Source: the human T2T-CHM13v2.0 reference genome, Homo sapiens | Length of the DNA stretch: 64,000 nucleotides | Assembly (NCBI GenBank): GCA_009914755.4 | Contig: CP086569.2 | Location: 4,416,001 to 4,480,000, forward strand | Direction of reading: 5' to 3' | Part shown: positions 62,555 through 64,000 of the stretch, in pieces | Numbering within the stretch: the stretch's first letter is position 1 | How the letters are laid out: each line of letters begins with the position of its first letter | Program-made: the position numbers and the translations under genes | Notes under the pieces: model-generated | Told to the model about the DNA's origin: nothing | Databases searched by the model: none | Seen by the model: the letters and a program-made list of their open reading frames with translations, nothing else

Positions 62555-64000
62555 AGGCCAACAGTGGACAATCTGAAAAAGAAATAAAAAAGTAATCCCA
62601 TTTACAATTGCCATGAATACAAGTAAATACCTAGGAATTAACCAAAGAAGTAAAACCTCTCTACAATGAAAGCTATAAAACACTGATGAAAGAAATTGAA
62701 GAGGACACCAAAAGATGACAAGATATTTCATGTTCATGGATTGGAATAATCAATATTGTTAAAATGTCCATACTAACCAAACCAATCTACAGATTCAATG
62801 CAATCCCTATCAGAATACCAATGACATTCCTCAAAAAATAGAAAAAAAAATCTAAAATTTATATGGCACCACAAAAGACTCAGAATAGCCAAAGCTTTCC
62901 TGAGCAAAAATAACAAAGCTTGAGGAATCACATCGCCACACTTCAAAGTATGCTACAGAGCTATGTTTACAAAAACAGCATAGCACTGGCATAAAAACAG
63001 ACATGTAGACCAAGGGAACAGAATAGAGAACCCAGAGACAAATCCACATACTACAGTGAACTCATTTTTCACAAAGGTGCCAAGAACATACACCTAGGAA
63101 AAGACAGTCTCTTCACTAAATGGTGCTGGTAAAACTGGATATCCATATGCAGAAGAATGAAACTAGACCCTTATCTCTTGACAAACAGAAAAAACACAGA
63201 AAAATGAATGAAAGATAAATCTATGACCTCAATCTATGAAACTACTACAAGAAAATATTGGGGAAACTCTCCAGGACTTGATCTGGGCAAAGTTTCTTGA
63301 GTAATATCCCACAAACACAGGCAACCAAAGCACAAATGACAAATGGGATCACATCAAGTGAAAAAACTTCTACACAGAAACAAAAATGAAAACAACAACA
63401 AGAAAAAACCCACCAACAATGTGAAGAGACAACCCACAGAATGGGAGAAAATATTTGCAAACTACCCATCTAACAAGGGATTAATAACCAGAATATATAA
63501 GGAGCTTAAAAAACTCTATAGAAAAAGAGTCTAATAATTAAATTGAAAAATGGGCAAAAGATCTGAATAGAAATGTCTCAAAAGAAGACATACATATGGC
63601 AAAAGGTGCTCAACATCATTGATCATCAGAGAAATGCAAATGAAAACTACAATGAGATATCACCTCACCCCAGTTAAAATGTCTTATATCCAAAAGACAG
63701 GCAATAAAAAATGCTGGTAGGATATGGAGAAAAGGAAACCCTTGTACACTCTTGCTGGAATGTGAATCAATACAACCACAGTGGAGAACAGTTTGGAGGT
63801 TACTCAAAAAACTAAATGTGGAGCTATCATATGATCCAGCAATCCCACTGCTGGGTATATACCCCAAAGAAAGTAAATCAGTATATCAAAGATATCTGCA
63901 CTCCTATATTTGTTGCAGCACTGTTTACAATAGCTAAGATTTGGAAGCAACATATGTGTCCATCAATTGATGAATGGATAAAGTAATAGTGGTACATATA
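62555..64000 (+). mobile_element. Ancient L1 (L1M-type) ORF2 C-terminal region, which runs off the right edge of the window
   Basis: Encodes diverged ORF2 C-terminal motifs in order: ..YLGINQRSKTSLQ.., ..[32 protein letters not shown].., ..[13 protein letters not shown].., ..[34 protein letters not shown].. (track ORF 63343..63534), ..[31 protein letters not shown].., ..[33 protein letters not shown]... Confidence 0.75.

Overview
This window is primate nuclear DNA, almost certainly human or a close hominid. It is not prokaryotic or phage sequence. The evidence is near-consensus AluY/AluS elements, L1PA-type LINE-1 copies whose ORF1/ORF2 remnants are about 90% identical to L1HS, older L1M/L1PB-type copies, a MaLR-type LTR, and AT-rich unique spacer. 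I estimate that about 60% of the 64 kb is transposable element: about 36 kb L1, about 3 kb Alu, and about 1.3 kb LTR. I cannot support any host protein-coding exon, tRNA, rRNA, CpG island, CRISPR array or operon-like system. Every long ORF in the six-frame track that I could place lies inside an L1 or Alu, or is a short ORF in AT-rich spacer. The best-supported structural observation is a 5.1-kb L1PA insertion (14959-20045) with a 5' inversion of the twin-priming type, flanked by a 17-bp target-site duplication and nested in an older L1 that already carried an AluS. Other points are a second, small inverted L1 3' fragment (1943-2395), two full-length ancient L1s on the + strand (about 4410-11450 and 41590-50413), a full-length L1 on the - strand (33945-40190) carrying an LTR-like TG..CA insertion, a second older L1 on the - strand (23240-26740) carrying a nested Alu with a perfect 16-bp TSD, four Alu insertions in one old L1 (one coincides with loss of about 480 bp of ORF1), and several Alu and L1 insertions with readable TSDs. 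In short, the window is an L1-rich, gene-poor intergenic or deep-intronic tract. The interesting biology here is retrotransposition history, not a new functional system. All subfamily names are from memory of consensus sequences, not from a database search.
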